Shown here one piece after another: positions 29,282 to 39,986 of a stretch of DNA of 64,000 bases. The stretch is from contig CAYUVA010000010.1 of the NCBI GenBank assembly GCA_964448115.1, forward strand, positions 1 to 64,000. Reading direction: 5' to 3'. How positions within the stretch are numbered: the stretch's first letter is position 1; each line of letters begins with the position of its first letter. The translations under genes and the position numbers were made by a program. Under the pieces are notes generated by a model. It worked only from the letters and a program-made list of their open reading frames with translations. It was not told the origin of the DNA and did not search any database. Source of the stretch: an uncultured bacterium (GTDB lineage Bacteria > CAYUVA01).

Positions 29282-31678
29282 TTATGGCATTACTGTAAGG
29301 TATGGCCAGGGGATACTGTGTTGCGCAACCGAATCCTTTGCCGACATACTAATAATCAGAGGCTCGGTAGTCATGCCCCCTGTAAGCTCCAAAGCTAAGC
29401 AGAATACACCATCACCAGCCGCATAATCTCCGTGTGCACCTCTATCGAAGATAACCAGATCAAGCAGCTCATTGGCGTAGCTCAGCTCTACTCCCTCTAG
29501 CTCGTATCCTGGACCAGCTTGAGCAATCGCGAGCAAGTATAAGGTAGTACTCCCCATCTGGGCTTCATTAGCTAATACGAGCCCGCCAAGATAAAGCATT
29601 GGTCGATGGTAGTCTTTTTTATACCTTATCCTGCGAGAGAGCAGGCTCTGATTAGCAGATTGAAGTGCGCTCACTGCGAGATGAATCTGATCGTAGTTCC
29701 CTAGTTCAAGCTCGGATAGGAATGCATAGCTGCGGTTGTGAACATCCAAGCATGATACATTGTGCATATCAGGATAAGAGATGGCTTTATACTGGCTATA
29801 ATAAACCCTGTAATCAGTTATTTCAGTATCGCGCATAGGTTGCCATGCTATTATATGCTCGCCCTGGAGGTCGTAGATTCCTGCATTCAAGGGTGCAAGC
29901 AACGACAATTCTCCGTGTGGCTTTTTACTGTAGGGCTTGAATATGATCATGTTCAGATCGTTTGCCTTTTCAAGTTCCAGGGCTTGAATTATCATGAGCG
30001 GATTTGTGGTGCCCCAGTAATTCTCGGTAACATTTATGTTCCCATTACCCGATATCCTCAGCAGGCTACCATGCCAATCGTTTATTATATTATTTTGACG
30101 TATCTTCGTTTTCTTAAGCGAAAATTCATCCAGAAGGTTAAGGCTTATCTGTGTTCCTGTGTTATTCATCAGAGTATTGCTGATTATATCGCAACCAGTT
30201 TTCTCAAGCATCAAGCCGCTGCCTTTAAACATTGAGTCATTATCTGCTATGGCATTTTCCTTGATTAGCGTGCGATTGATATCGGTCAGGTAAACCGCAG
30301 CTCCGACCTCGGTCATATTCTCCAGGATGAGATTGTTGGTTAGATTCATAAATGGAATCTTCTCGCAGTAGATGGCGCTGCCCCCCTGGCGGGAGCTATT
30401 ATTGATGATCAGGTTTCCGGCAATCGTTACCTCAGTGCCATATAGACATAAGCCTCCGCCGCTGATCATCGTTGAGTTATCAATAATTCTGGAATCGATG
30501 ATGTAAATATTTGAGCTATCATCGTACACACCGCCACCATAACTATGGGCATAATCGGTCATGTTAGCCGAGATATTGCAGTCACTTATAGAGCCAATAG
30601 AATTGGTAAGATGAATGCCACCACCAAGCATCTTGGTACGGTTATTTGAAATATGGTTCCTGGTCAGATGCACCTCGGAGAGATCAATTTCCATGCCACC
30701 TCCTGCCATGCCAGATGTATTGCCTCGAATGATATTATCTTGAAGGTAAACCAAGGCTGAGTCGCCGATAGAGATGCCTCCGCCGAAGCGGGTGGAGCAA
30801 TTGTAGGAGATATTATTATCGCTGACTAAAATATTCAGTGAGCCTAGAAGACAGATTCCGCCACCCTGACGATAACAATCATTGCCAATCACTTCATTTT
30901 CTCGGATCTGGATGGAGCCACCGCGAACGAATATCCCGCCTCCGGAGCCATAGACGCTATAATTGTTGATAATACGATTACCCTCGATCAATCCCTCACA
31001 ATGATAAAGATATAGCGGGCTGCCGCTATCAGTGCTAACATTTCCATAGACCTGGTTGCCCTTGAACAAGATATTTGAGTACTCGGCATAGAGGGCATTA
31101 CCTCCTTCATTGCTGATGTTTTTGTAGATCTGGTTGTTTATTAGATAAGGTTCACCAAAATAAATCCGTAAGGCAGCGCTACTAACGCTTGAACATTGTG
31201 TTATGCTGCATTCCCTTATCATCGGGGATGCTTGATCACAGTAAACACCAGTCTTTGCATACTCGATGATGCAGTATCTACAGATGCTGCCACTTAGGTA
31301 ATTCAGGGCATCATCCACCAGGGCATCCTTGGCGCTATCTTTGAATTGAATACCATTGTAATCGCCGCGCTTGGGTAAGGTCATGTTGGAGGTGAATGTT
31401 ATCCTTTGTTCTGCGCTTCCTATCGCTATAAGCTCGCCAAATACGATCAATGCTGTATTCCTGGCAAAGCGTAGCGTAACACCTGCCTCTATGATAAGGC
31501 TTGCATTTACATCCACGATGAGGTCGCCGGTTACGATATAGGGGCTTTGTGAGGTAGTAAATACCTCAAAACCTTCAATGATACCTTGTACCTCAGTATT
31601 GGCAGATGATATTTCATAGAAGGAAATAATTATTAGGACGGATACCAAGATTATTATCGATTTTGCTATTACCTTCAT
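29282..31678 (-). CDS. Secreted right-handed parallel beta-helix protein with a conserved C-terminal domain
   Basis: Signal peptide; many I..N....GGGI repeats (GGA(I/L/V)-like); N.WGT motif; GDYAAGDG C-terminal domain. Confidence 0.82.
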   Translation of the reverse strand: MKVIAKSIIILVSVLIIISFYEISSANTEVQGIIEGFEVFTTSQSPYIVTGDLIVDVNASLIIEAGVTLRFARNTALIVFGELIAIGSAEQRITFTSNMTLPKRGDYNGIQFKDSAKDALVDDALNYLSGSICRYCIIEYAKTGVYCDQASPMIRECSITQCSSVSSAALRIYFGEPYLINNQIYKNISNEGGNALYAEYSNILFKGNQVYGNVSTDSGSPLYLYHCEGLIEGNRIINNYSVYGSGGGIFVRGGSIQIRENEVIGNDCYRQGGGICLLGSLNILVSDNNISYNCSTRFGGGISIGDSALVYLQDNIIRGNTSGMAGGGMEIDLSEVHLTRNHISNNRTKMLGGGIHLTNSIGSISDCNISANMTDYAHSYGGGVYDDSSNIYIIDSRIIDNSTMISGGGLCLYGTEVTIAGNLIINNSSRQGGSAIYCEKIPFMNLTNNLILENMTEVGAAVYLTDINRTLIKENAIADNDSMFKGSGLMLEKTGCDIISNTLMNNTGTQISLNLLDEFSLKKTKIRQNNIINDWHGSLLRISGNGNINVTENYWGTTNPLMIIQALELEKANDLNMIIFKPYSKKPHGELSLLAPLNAGIYDLQGEHIIAWQPMRDTEITDYRVYYSQYKAISYPDMHNVSCLDVHNRSYAFLSELELGNYDQIHLAVSALQSANQSLLSRRIRYKKDYHRPMLYLGGLVLANEAQMGSTTLYLLAIAQAGPGYELEGVELSYANELLDLVIFDRGAHGDYAAGDGVFCLALELTGGMTTEPLIISMSAKDSVAQHSIPWPYLTVMP

Positions 31679-31791
31679 TTGAAACTCTTACTCGAAGTAT
31701 ATAGCATAAAAAATCTCGAATGATCCACAGATGGATAAGAACTAGCTAACCAAACGAGTAGATAAAGCTATTGAAGCCTACGAATAATAGG

Positions 31792-33216
31792 ATGACAGAG
31801 GATGGTAAGCGCCTGGGCGGCAATATCATTCTGCTCGGCTCAGCGCGAATTATCGGCGCCATATTATCATTCTTCGGCGTTACACTTCTTGCCAGGGTCC
31901 TGGGAGCAAGCGGATTTGGTTTGCTGAACTTCGGGCAGATGATCTTCGATCTTTCATCTATCGCAGCGGTTGTCGGTTTACCCATACTTGCAATCAGGGA
32001 GGTGGCCGGGGACAAAGGGCGCATTAGATCTTTATATGCCAATATCACCGTGATGCAGCTACTATTTGCCATTTTGCTCGCCCTTGTCATTTTGGTCTAT
32101 GCTTTCTTACTTGAAAAAGATGTAGCTACTAGGTGGGTTCTGTTCTGGTTCGCCATCTCGTTGATACCGGTGTCGCTTGATATAAACTGGCTTTTCACCG
32201 GCTTGGAGAGGCTAGATCTTGTCTCAGCGACCATTGTGATACGGATGAGCCTTTATGTGGCGCTTATCCTTTGGTTGATACGCAATCCGAACCATGCCTC
32301 AAGGGCTGCCATGCTCTCCTTTATTAGCCTGGTAATCACGGTTGCTGCTATGCAGATCTATGCACAATACAGGTATAAGATAATAAACTTTGCTGCCAAC
32401 CTTCGCGCTTGTACAGGTATGCTCAAGGATGCCTGGTTCATGGGATTTCATATGCTAATAACTTACCTGTTTTTCAGGTTTGATATCATCGTGATCCGCT
32501 TTTTTCATGGTGATTCCCAGGCGGGTTACTACACGGCAGCCTTCAAGCTTGTATTTTTATTTTACATGTTCCACCAGGTGCTCAATCAAGCCTTTTACCC
32601 ATTGATTAGCAGGTATTATCAGGAGACAAGGGGACGACAGTTCGACAGCATCGTGCAGATGGGAACCAAGTTGGGCGTAATCATAGCCCTACCGCTCTTT
32701 ATTTGCACGTATTTCATAGCACCATGGCTCATTAACTTCGTATTCGGCGCTGAATATCAGCCAAGCATCGCCATTTTTCAGATACTGATAGTAACAACCC
32801 TGCTTAATTTTTCTGGTCTCATATTCGTTTCGCTGCTGAATGCGATGGATAAGCAGCGATTGAACGCCCGCAATGTGGGGATTTCTGTCGCCTTGAACAT
32901 CGTGATAGGTATCATGCTGATTCGATATTATGGTTGCATTGGGGCTGCGATTGCCACTACCATTGCTCACCTGTTGCTATTTGTGCTCAACTTCAATTCA
33001 TTGAGGCATCTTGAGCCTATTCTAAAGGCAATCATCTCTGCGAAGCCGATAATAGCTGCTCTCTGTATGACCGCTATCATCGCAATCTTAACCATATTGC
33101 CCTTATCTATTAGCATTATTATTAGCCTGATAGCCTTCTTTACGATTGTAATCGGGCTGGGTTATATCGAAGCGGGAGTTGTCTTGGGGCTTTTAAGAGG
33201 CAGACATGATACATAA
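31792..33216 (+). CDS. Wzx-type (MOP) oligosaccharide flippase
   Basis: LARVLG..GFG, D.GL....IREVA, FDIIVI, AGYYTAAFKL, GAAIAT; ~14 TM. Confidence 0.9.
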   Translation: MTEDGKRLGGNIILLGSARIIGAILSFFGVTLLARVLGASGFGLLNFGQMIFDLSSIAAVVGLPILAIREVAGDKGRIRSLYANITVMQLLFAILLALVILVYAFLLEKDVATRWVLFWFAISLIPVSLDINWLFTGLERLDLVSATIVIRMSLYVALILWLIRNPNHASRAAMLSFISLVITVAAMQIYAQYRYKIINFAANLRACTGMLKDAWFMGFHMLITYLFFRFDIIVIRFFHGDSQAGYYTAAFKLVFLFYMFHQVLNQAFYPLISRYYQETRGRQFDSIVQMGTKLGVIIALPLFICTYFIAPWLINFVFGAEYQPSIAIFQILIVTTLLNFSGLIFVSLLNAMDKQRLNARNVGISVALNIVIGIMLIRYYGCIGAAIATTIAHLLLFVLNFNSLRHLEPILKAIISAKPIIAALCMTAIIAILTILPLSISIIISLIAFFTIVIGLGYIEAGVVLGLLRGRHDT

Positions 33217-33232
33217 TCTCCACTTCTTTCCT

Positions 33233-33256
33233 CTTTGTGTCTTCGTGTCTTTGTGG
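33233..33256. repeat. Octamer tandem repeat x3
   Basis: CTTTGTGT CTTCGTGT CTTTGTGG, between convergent genes. Confidence 0.55.
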
Positions 33257-33274
33257 TTAAATAACCATAAAGCC

Positions 33275-33697
33275 TTAAGCATCAAATACGCCCTTTGCTT
33301 TTTGTGCTTTTAAGAAAATAAAGATGATTCCCCCGGCGACTAAAGCACCAGCAGCATCAAAGAACATGTCGTTAAAGCTCAGATCCCTGCCGGGGACGAA
33401 GCCTTGATGTATTTCATCAACTACCCCATACAGTATAGCCAGGCTTACACTGAAAATAACCAATCCTAATCGCCCATAGGAAGGCTCTACCCTTGATAGG
33501 AGCCTGAACCATAAGAAAGTGAGCAACCCGAATTCAAGAGAATGTCTTAGCCATTCGGGGAATATGCCTGCAAGATCGGGCAGCTCTCGCGATGAGAATA
33601 TCCAGATTAAAGCCATGTAAATAACTAAAGGCAGTATGTGGTATAATATGGTTGAGCTGGACATGATCCTATATTTGAGATGACCTTTATGCGACAT
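33275..33697 (-). CDS. VanZ family membrane protein
   Basis: IWIFSS, H..EFGLL, YGVVDEIHQGFVPGR, D...D..G. Confidence 0.9.
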   Translation of the reverse strand: MSHKGHLKYRIMSSSTILYHILPLVIYMALIWIFSSRELPDLAGIFPEWLRHSLEFGLLTFLWFRLLSRVEPSYGRLGLVIFSVSLAILYGVVDEIHQGFVPGRDLSFNDMFFDAAGALVAGGIIFIFLKAQKAKGVFDA

Positions 33698-33703
33698 AGC
33701 GAT

Positions 33704-33731
33704 TAAACCTTTTCCATTTCATTGGGTCTAA
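33704..33731 (+). promoter_or_regulatory. Candidate autoregulatory ECF promoter
   Basis: TAAACC, 16-bp spacer, GTCTAA, 46 nt upstream of the ECF sigma gene; matches the generic AAC...GTC ECF pattern. Confidence 0.55.
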
Positions 33732-33777
33732 ATTACTAGAGGAGCTTAAAATGCCCTCTTGAGCAGGATATAACCAA

Positions 33778-34371
33778 ATGCGCTCCGGGACAACATCGGA
33801 ATCCGTAAACTACAAGCAAAGCGAAGATGAGCTTAGGGAAAAGCTGGAAAAAGACCTAAAAAAGGGCTTCGAGATGGTGATAGAGACCTACAAAATGGAG
33901 ATACACAGCTACCTGACCCGGCTTATGCGCAATTACCATGATGCAGAGGACGCCACCCAGGAAACATTCATCAAAGCCTATACGCATATAGAACGCTTCA
34001 AGTGGAATTGTCGCCTGAGAACCTGGCTCTACAGAATCGCAACCAACACAGCCTTTAAGGCGCTAAAAAAAAGCAAGAGATACGACCTGACTCCAGAAGT
34101 AGCCAGTAGGGAGATTTCCAGTGCCGATAATCCCACCTCATCACTCATAAAAGAAGAAGAACTACAATTGGTGCAAGATGCTATAAACAATCTGCCACCG
34201 AGACAGAAAGCGGTGCTTATTATGCGCCTGAACCAGGAGCTTTCCTTCGCTGAGATCGCCCAAGCTCTCTCCATAAGCGAAGGCGCTGCCAAGGCTAACC
34301 ACTTTCAGGCAATAAAAAGCATCCAACGCAGGCTAAAAGCAATCTATAATGACAGGAGCGATCAAACATGA
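33778..34371 (+). CDS. ECF RNA polymerase sigma factor
   Basis: DAEDATQETFIKAY, TWLYRIATN, LPPRQK, SFAEIA. Confidence 0.95.
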   Translation: MRSGTTSESVNYKQSEDELREKLEKDLKKGFEMVIETYKMEIHSYLTRLMRNYHDAEDATQETFIKAYTHIERFKWNCRLRTWLYRIATNTAFKALKKSKRYDLTPEVASREISSADNPTSSLIKEEELQLVQDAINNLPPRQKAVLIMRLNQELSFAEIAQALSISEGAAKANHFQAIKSIQRRLKAIYNDRSDQT

Positions 34372-35012
34372 GATGCACTAAAGTTCAAAAGGCGATAATG
34401 GAATACCAGGAGAGCGACAGGCGGCTGGATGGAGATTCACGCTTGGCAAAACACATTCAGAATTGTCCTGAGTGCAAGGAGTTCGCAAAGGACTACCGCA
34501 AAACGCGAGAGCTTTGCAAACAAGCCAAGCAAGTGGTGCCCATAAGAAGCGAATTCCTCGATTCGTTGAATGATATCGTGGTGGAGAAGACATCGGATAA
34601 GCCAAGCTCGATTAGGAGACCTAAAAGGATATTGGTGCCAGTCTCGATCGCATCGGCGGCAGCGATATTGATGGCTGTTGTGCTATATAGCGGCGTTACC
34701 AGGGATACCAACAAGAACGGTTATGATAATTACATATCACGGATCCTCTCCGTTGAAGATGCTACCCCTTTATATAGAGAGCTGACCAATTACCTGCAAG
34801 AGATGCCCCTAGAAAAAACGACCGAACTGCAATACCTATCGCCGGGAATAGAGCTTAATTCTTTTGATGAAGAGATTATCGATGATGAAGATATTGCTTT
34901 TAATGGGGATAATCTTGATCCCTATATCATGTTGGAGGAGCTGGACAATAACCAGAGGGAAAAGCTCTATCATCAACTTGAATCTATCCTGAAAAATATG
35001 GGCAATGTTTGA
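34368..35012 (+). CDS. Zinc-binding (ZAS) single-TM anti-sigma factor
   Basis: HIQNCPEC (HxxxCxxC), one TM segment, ATGA overlap with the sigma gene. Confidence 0.85.
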   Translation: MRCTKVQKAIMEYQESDRRLDGDSRLAKHIQNCPECKEFAKDYRKTRELCKQAKQVVPIRSEFLDSLNDIVVEKTSDKPSSIRRPKRILVPVSIASAAAILMAVVLYSGVTRDTNKNGYDNYISRILSVEDATPLYRELTNYLQEMPLEKTTELQYLSPGIELNSFDEEIIDDEDIAFNGDNLDPYIMLEELDNNQREKLYHQLESILKNMGNV

Positions 35013-35043
35013 GATTAATTTGAACACATAAAAGGAGTCGAGG

Positions 35044-35604
35044 ATGATACATAGATGGATTTTAATCATTACAGCGGCTTTATTTTTCATCTCGCTTTCT
35101 ACTAGCCTAGCTATGGCAGAGGAACCATGCTGGGGAATGAGAGGAAAAGCAGCCGATCCTGCTCAGAATGCGAAGCTTGAGGAGCTTATGGAGAGGGTGC
35201 TGTTGGTGGAGATAAATATGGAGCTAGGGCTGGATGAGAGAAAGGCTGCCGTAGTATTGCCTGCTGTAAAGGATTATATTGAGGTTCAACGTAAATTTCG
35301 TATGACCCGCCACAGAAATTTAAGGCAACTACGGCGCTTAATGAGCCTCGATGATCCTGATATAGGTAAGCTGGACCAGCTTCTCGATCAACTCTTTGAT
35401 CCATCAAGCAATCTATGCTTAAAGCAGCATGAAGCCTATCTGAGGCTCAAGTCAGTAACCACTCCCCAGCAAAGAGCGGTCATCTTCAAGTGTCTATTCC
35501 GTTTTCAGAAAAAGCTGATGCGGCTGATGCATGGCATAAGGCGCCCCCGCCAGGATGGAAAGCCGCCATCGCCAGGGGATTGTTTGATGGATGAGATTGA
35601 ATGA
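35044..35604 (+). CDS. Periplasmic helical protein, Spy/CpxP/ZraP-like
   Basis: Signal peptide, ELGLDE and TTPQQ (LTxxQ-like) motifs; third gene of the ECF module. Confidence 0.6.
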   Translation: MIHRWILIITAALFFISLSTSLAMAEEPCWGMRGKAADPAQNAKLEELMERVLLVEINMELGLDERKAAVVLPAVKDYIEVQRKFRMTRHRNLRQLRRLMSLDDPDIGKLDQLLDQLFDPSSNLCLKQHEAYLRLKSVTTPQQRAVIFKCLFRFQKKLMRLMHGIRRPRQDGKPPSPGDCLMDEIE

Positions 35605-35621
35605 TAGGCTTTCAGAGCCGA

Positions 35622-36317
35622 TTACTGCCCAGGCAGTATAGGTTCCACAGAGCCTCCACCGAATACGCCGTTTATGGCGAAGCTGCCGCCGATGCCGATC
35701 ACTACATCATCAGAGATCTTAAGCTCGCCCATCGCCTTGAATTTCTCATTGAGCACAAAGTCGATACCGCCGAAGAGCATAATATCGATCTCGCTGTCGT
35801 CATAACCTTCAGCCTCCCATCTTTCATAGCGAAGAGCTAGTCCCCCGTAAGGAGTGATCATCTGCTCGAAGGTCATGCTGGCAATGCCTCCACCGGTTAG
35901 TTCTATGATGCTGGTCTCATCTATGTCTGCGTAGATTATGGTACCGAAAGGCGCCAGGTCAGGTCCGTTCTCGACAGTGAAAATATTATACTTAGCGCCA
36001 CCACCTAGCCCGAAGCCGGTCTCGCTGTCGCCTCCTTCGGGATCTGCGTTTATAATCCCGAACTGTCCCCAGACCTCAAGCTCGGGTGCAATGAAATAGT
36101 GCAACTGCCCGGCGAATTCCATTATATCGACCTCGAAGTCGTAATCACCATAGGGCGTATCGACCTCGAATTCCCAGGTGCCGAAGTCGAAGTAGCCGCT
36201 AGCATACATCTGCCCAGCCTCCCCCCTGGCTGCGGTGGTATATATCCTCGCATCAACTGAGGGAGCGATCATCAAGCTAATAACAAGCAATGAACTCAAA
36301 ATGGTTAGCGACCTCAT
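35622..36317 (-). CDS. Outer-membrane beta-barrel protein
   Basis: Signal peptide; amphipathic strands (FGLGGGAKY, PYGGL, LFGGIDF, IGIGGSF); SD AGGAGG. Confidence 0.7.
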   Translation of the reverse strand: MRSLTILSSLLVISLMIAPSVDARIYTTAARGEAGQMYASGYFDFGTWEFEVDTPYGDYDFEVDIMEFAGQLHYFIAPELEVWGQFGIINADPEGGDSETGFGLGGGAKYNIFTVENGPDLAPFGTIIYADIDETSIIELTGGGIASMTFEQMITPYGGLALRYERWEAEGYDDSEIDIMLFGGIDFVLNEKFKAMGELKISDDVVIGIGGSFAINGVFGGGSVEPILPGQ

Positions 36318-36483
36318 AAACGATTACCTCCTAAAGTTTATTGTTACGAGAGATGAATATTGCAAATAAGCTGCATATTGTCAACTATCCTGTATTTTAC
36401 TCTTGTTATTGCATCTATTGATGCCTACAATGGAGAAGCTGAAGTATTAACTTCGGGTGATAAAGGAAAAATTATAATTTTCA

Positions 36484-38127
36484 ATGCGCTCGCAGGATAA
36501 GGATTTAAGGTCGCTAAAGCTCGATAGCCTGGACAGGATATTTCTCGCACTTTGTATGATGGGCCTTGGATTGTTGTATTTGCATTGGATCAATATCGAG
36601 ATAAATATCTGGGATGAAAGCATCTTTGTACTTATTCTCAAGTACTTGGATAAAGGATTCAAGATCGGAAAGGATATCCAGGAGGTTGAGTGGGGAATCG
36701 GCATTTATTACATCGCTCTTGCAGCCCTCAAGCCCTTTGGCTATACGATAATGTCAGCTCGATTCTTCCATCTGTTTTTCAGGATGCTCAATCTATACCT
36801 TCTGCTTCGACTCGGAAAAGCAATGGGATTGAAAAGAAGAAGTAGATACATATTACTTGTTCTGATTGGGCTGTTCCCGGAGCCTATATACTACGCTGAA
36901 TATCAGGCACTTACCTTTATCGGATGCATACTGCTGATTCGATATGCATTAAAGCAAGACAAGCCTTCGTCTATTATTCTTGGCTGTTATCATGGGATTG
37001 CTTTGGTTATATGGTGGAAGCTGGGGATACAGATGGTCTCGATCACCTTGATTTATTTGCTTTTTAGCGGATTACTGCCCAGGCTAGATGGAAGACATTT
37101 TACTTCAAGCCGATACTTGAAGCCCTTGATAATATGCACGATTATTTCTGTCCTGATTCCGCTCGCACTTAATGCAACTGCTAAATTCAAAAGCTACCAG
37201 GAGCTTGCACCGGCATTCATGTCCCGCGAATCGATGCGCTCCGATGGGGTAGGTGGAATTAAGCATTATTCTCAGGTCATGGCAGAGATTTTCTTGCGTG
37301 TTATTCTTCCATTTAGAAGTCCATATAGACCTCATACAAGTATTGACAATATTCACCAATATATTCGAAGCCACTTTGATATTATTCTTATGCAACTGAT
37401 TTCACTATTTGCTCTAATACTCATGGGATACCTTACTTTATTAAAGAATAGGAGGGTCGATGGTGGGGTGCTGGATCAAGTTGATTACGCATTTTTTGCT
37501 ATGCTCATCGGCAACCTACTGCGATTCCTTCATCAGGCAGACAGGATACATTCCATACAAACCCTGCCTTTTCTATTGCTTGGAGCGATATATCTATTAC
37601 ACCGGATTTCATCAGAAAATGTGGTGCTAGGGATATCATTACCTCTTTTTATTATATTTTGCATGTTGTTCAGTACGCCTGAGGTTCGAGCAGAGTACAA
37701 TCATCTTTGGTTGACTGCCCAGAAATATCGTCCGCTAGTAATTCAGAACGAGACCTTCTGGCTCAATGAACAGCACTATTGGGAATATCGCCAGATTATG
37801 GACATTGTCTCCAGGTTGACAGAGCCGGGGGATGAGATCCTAGCTATTCCTGATATACCCGGAATCTACTATATCACTGATCGCAACTATGCCTCGTGGT
37901 TCTGGGATTTAGAGATACCACTAATGATGCCGGAGTTCTTATCTTATCGATTCTTCGGTGAGATCTATCAAGAAGACTATGACATCATTATACAAAGAGA
38001 GCCTTATGCAAATGAACTGCACCTCTGGGAGAATCATCCTCTACTAATCAAGCTCAAGGAGCATATCGAGGATAATTTCATTTTGATGGAGAAGGTCGGA
38101 GATTATCGTATTTACTTGCGTAGCTAG
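36484..38127 (+). CDS. Polytopic membrane protein, probable GT-C glycosyltransferase
   Basis: WDE acidic motif after TM1, many TMs, C-terminal T.PGD.I...P..PGIYY..DR domain. Confidence 0.62.
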   Translation: MRSQDKDLRSLKLDSLDRIFLALCMMGLGLLYLHWINIEINIWDESIFVLILKYLDKGFKIGKDIQEVEWGIGIYYIALAALKPFGYTIMSARFFHLFFRMLNLYLLLRLGKAMGLKRRSRYILLVLIGLFPEPIYYAEYQALTFIGCILLIRYALKQDKPSSIILGCYHGIALVIWWKLGIQMVSITLIYLLFSGLLPRLDGRHFTSSRYLKPLIICTIISVLIPLALNATAKFKSYQELAPAFMSRESMRSDGVGGIKHYSQVMAEIFLRVILPFRSPYRPHTSIDNIHQYIRSHFDIILMQLISLFALILMGYLTLLKNRRVDGGVLDQVDYAFFAMLIGNLLRFLHQADRIHSIQTLPFLLLGAIYLLHRISSENVVLGISLPLFIIFCMLFSTPEVRAEYNHLWLTAQKYRPLVIQNETFWLNEQHYWEYRQIMDIVSRLTEPGDEILAIPDIPGIYYITDRNYASWFWDLEIPLMMPEFLSYRFFGEIYQEDYDIIIQREPYANELHLWENHPLLIKLKEHIEDNFILMEKVGDYRIYLRS

Positions 38128-38258
38128 CTGCCCAAAAAAGCTTTAATGCCTTGAAAAAAAAAGCAGTTATAACTATAAGTTATGCAGCTATTGATCTTGA
38201 ACCTAAAATGAACTACAGCCAGAATTAGGATAATAAATATCATGAGGTTCTTTTGTGA

Positions 38259-39986
38259 ATGTTTCACCTAGGTGTCTCAGCTTTTTTACACGATTCGAGC
38301 GCTTGTCTCACTCATAATGGGAGGATAGTTGCTTTTGCGCAGGAGGATCGCTTCAACCGGGACAAGCATTCCCCCGTGTTTCCTGTTCAATCGATAAAAT
38401 ATTGCCTGAAGACCGCCGGGATTTCAGTCGATGACCTTGATTGCGTAATCTTTTTCTGCAAGCCCTGGATGGCTCTACGCAGACGAATACCACTTATCTT
38501 AAGATATGCACCAAAGTCAATCAAATGGGGAGATGAGTATAGCCCTAAGTTCTTTGACATGATACGATTTCCCAGAATATTCAAAGGGCACTTTCCGCAT
38601 AAGACAAGTACTGCAAGGTTCTACTTTGTGGATCACCACCAGGCTCACCTGGCGAGTGCATTCTTTGTCTCCCCCTTCGAGGATGCTGCCATTCTAAGCG
38701 CCGATGGCGCCGGTGAGATAGCAACCGCAGTGCTAGCTAGGGGGGAGGGAAATCGCATTTTCACCATCAAAGAGGTTAATATGCCCCACTCCTTGGGATA
38801 TTACTATACATCATGCTGCCAATACCTGGGATTCAGACACTTCGAGTATATCCCCGATGACGCTGAGGGGAAGGTTATGGGGCTTTCCAGCTACGGCGAG
38901 CCTGAATTCATCGATTTCTTCCATAAGCTGATTACGGTTACACCCGATGGCGGATTCCAGATGGATCTTGACTATTTCTGGCATCAATACGGCTGGAAGC
39001 GGTACTTCAGCGACCTTTATGTAAAGGAGCTGGGACCGCCCAGGCTCAAGACAGATCCCCTCGAGCATAGGCACGAGAACATCGCTGCTTCATTGCAGAA
39101 AGGATTGGAGGACAAGGTGTTAGAGCTGCTTCATATCCTTTATGGCAAGGTCGGCTCAAAGAATCTTTGCCTGGCTGGCGGGGTGACGCTCAACTGCGTG
39201 ATGAACGGCAGGATACTGCGCGAATCACCCTTCAGGCGCATATTCATACAGCCGGCAGCCGGCGATTCGGGTACTACGCTGGGGGGATGTCTGTACTATT
39301 ATCACCAAATGAAGAATATGCCCCGTGATTTCATAATGGAGCACGCCTCTTGGGGTCCAGAGTTTAGCGACAGCGATTGCCGCCAGGCACTGGAAGCTAA
39401 AGGTCTAAGATATGAATACTGCGAAAGTATCGCCTCCAGGGTGGCAAAACTGCTCGCCGATGGGAACATAGTCGGCTGGTACCAGGGGAGAAACGAGGTT
39501 GGTCCCAGAGCATTGGGTAATCGAAGCATCCTGGCTGATCCCAGAGATCCTGGGATGAAAGACAAGATAAACTCACGGGTCAAGTTCCGCGAGCCTTTCA
39601 GACCGTTTGCTCCATCAGTGCTCGAGGAGGACCTCGATGAGTATTTCGAGGGGGCTGTGAGATCGCCCTTCATGCTGCTTGTGTTCAAGGTTAAGGCAGA
39701 CAAACAAGAGCTTGTCCCTGCCATTACACATGTCGATGGTACATCGCGAGTGCAATCGGTTGATAAAAATATACAGCCTCTCTATCACCAGATGATAAGC
39801 GAGTTCAAGCGCATTACCGGCATCCCAATGGTGCTCAATACCTCGTTGAATGTGAAGGGGGAGCCGATTGTATGCACTCCCCAGGATGCCATCGAGTGCT
39901 TTTTGAAGACCGGCATGGATGCGCTGTGCCTGGGAAACTATCTAGTTATGAAAAATTCGATGAAAAATGATATTATCAAACTATGA
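38259..39986 (+). CDS. NodU/CmcH-family O-carbamoyltransferase
   Basis: HDSSA, EDRFNR.KH, HH.AHLASAF, EGKVMGL, AGGVTLN, GPRALGNRS, FRPFAP, HVDGTSR, LNTS. Confidence 0.95.
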   Translation: MFHLGVSAFLHDSSACLTHNGRIVAFAQEDRFNRDKHSPVFPVQSIKYCLKTAGISVDDLDCVIFFCKPWMALRRRIPLILRYAPKSIKWGDEYSPKFFDMIRFPRIFKGHFPHKTSTARFYFVDHHQAHLASAFFVSPFEDAAILSADGAGEIATAVLARGEGNRIFTIKEVNMPHSLGYYYTSCCQYLGFRHFEYIPDDAEGKVMGLSSYGEPEFIDFFHKLITVTPDGGFQMDLDYFWHQYGWKRYFSDLYVKELGPPRLKTDPLEHRHENIAASLQKGLEDKVLELLHILYGKVGSKNLCLAGGVTLNCVMNGRILRESPFRRIFIQPAAGDSGTTLGGCLYYYHQMKNMPRDFIMEHASWGPEFSDSDCRQALEAKGLRYEYCESIASRVAKLLADGNIVGWYQGRNEVGPRALGNRSILADPRDPGMKDKINSRVKFREPFRPFAPSVLEEDLDEYFEGAVRSPFMLLVFKVKADKQELVPAITHVDGTSRVQSVDKNIQPLYHQMISEFKRITGIPMVLNTSLNVKGEPIVCTPQDAIECFLKTGMDALCLGNYLVMKNSMKNDIIKL

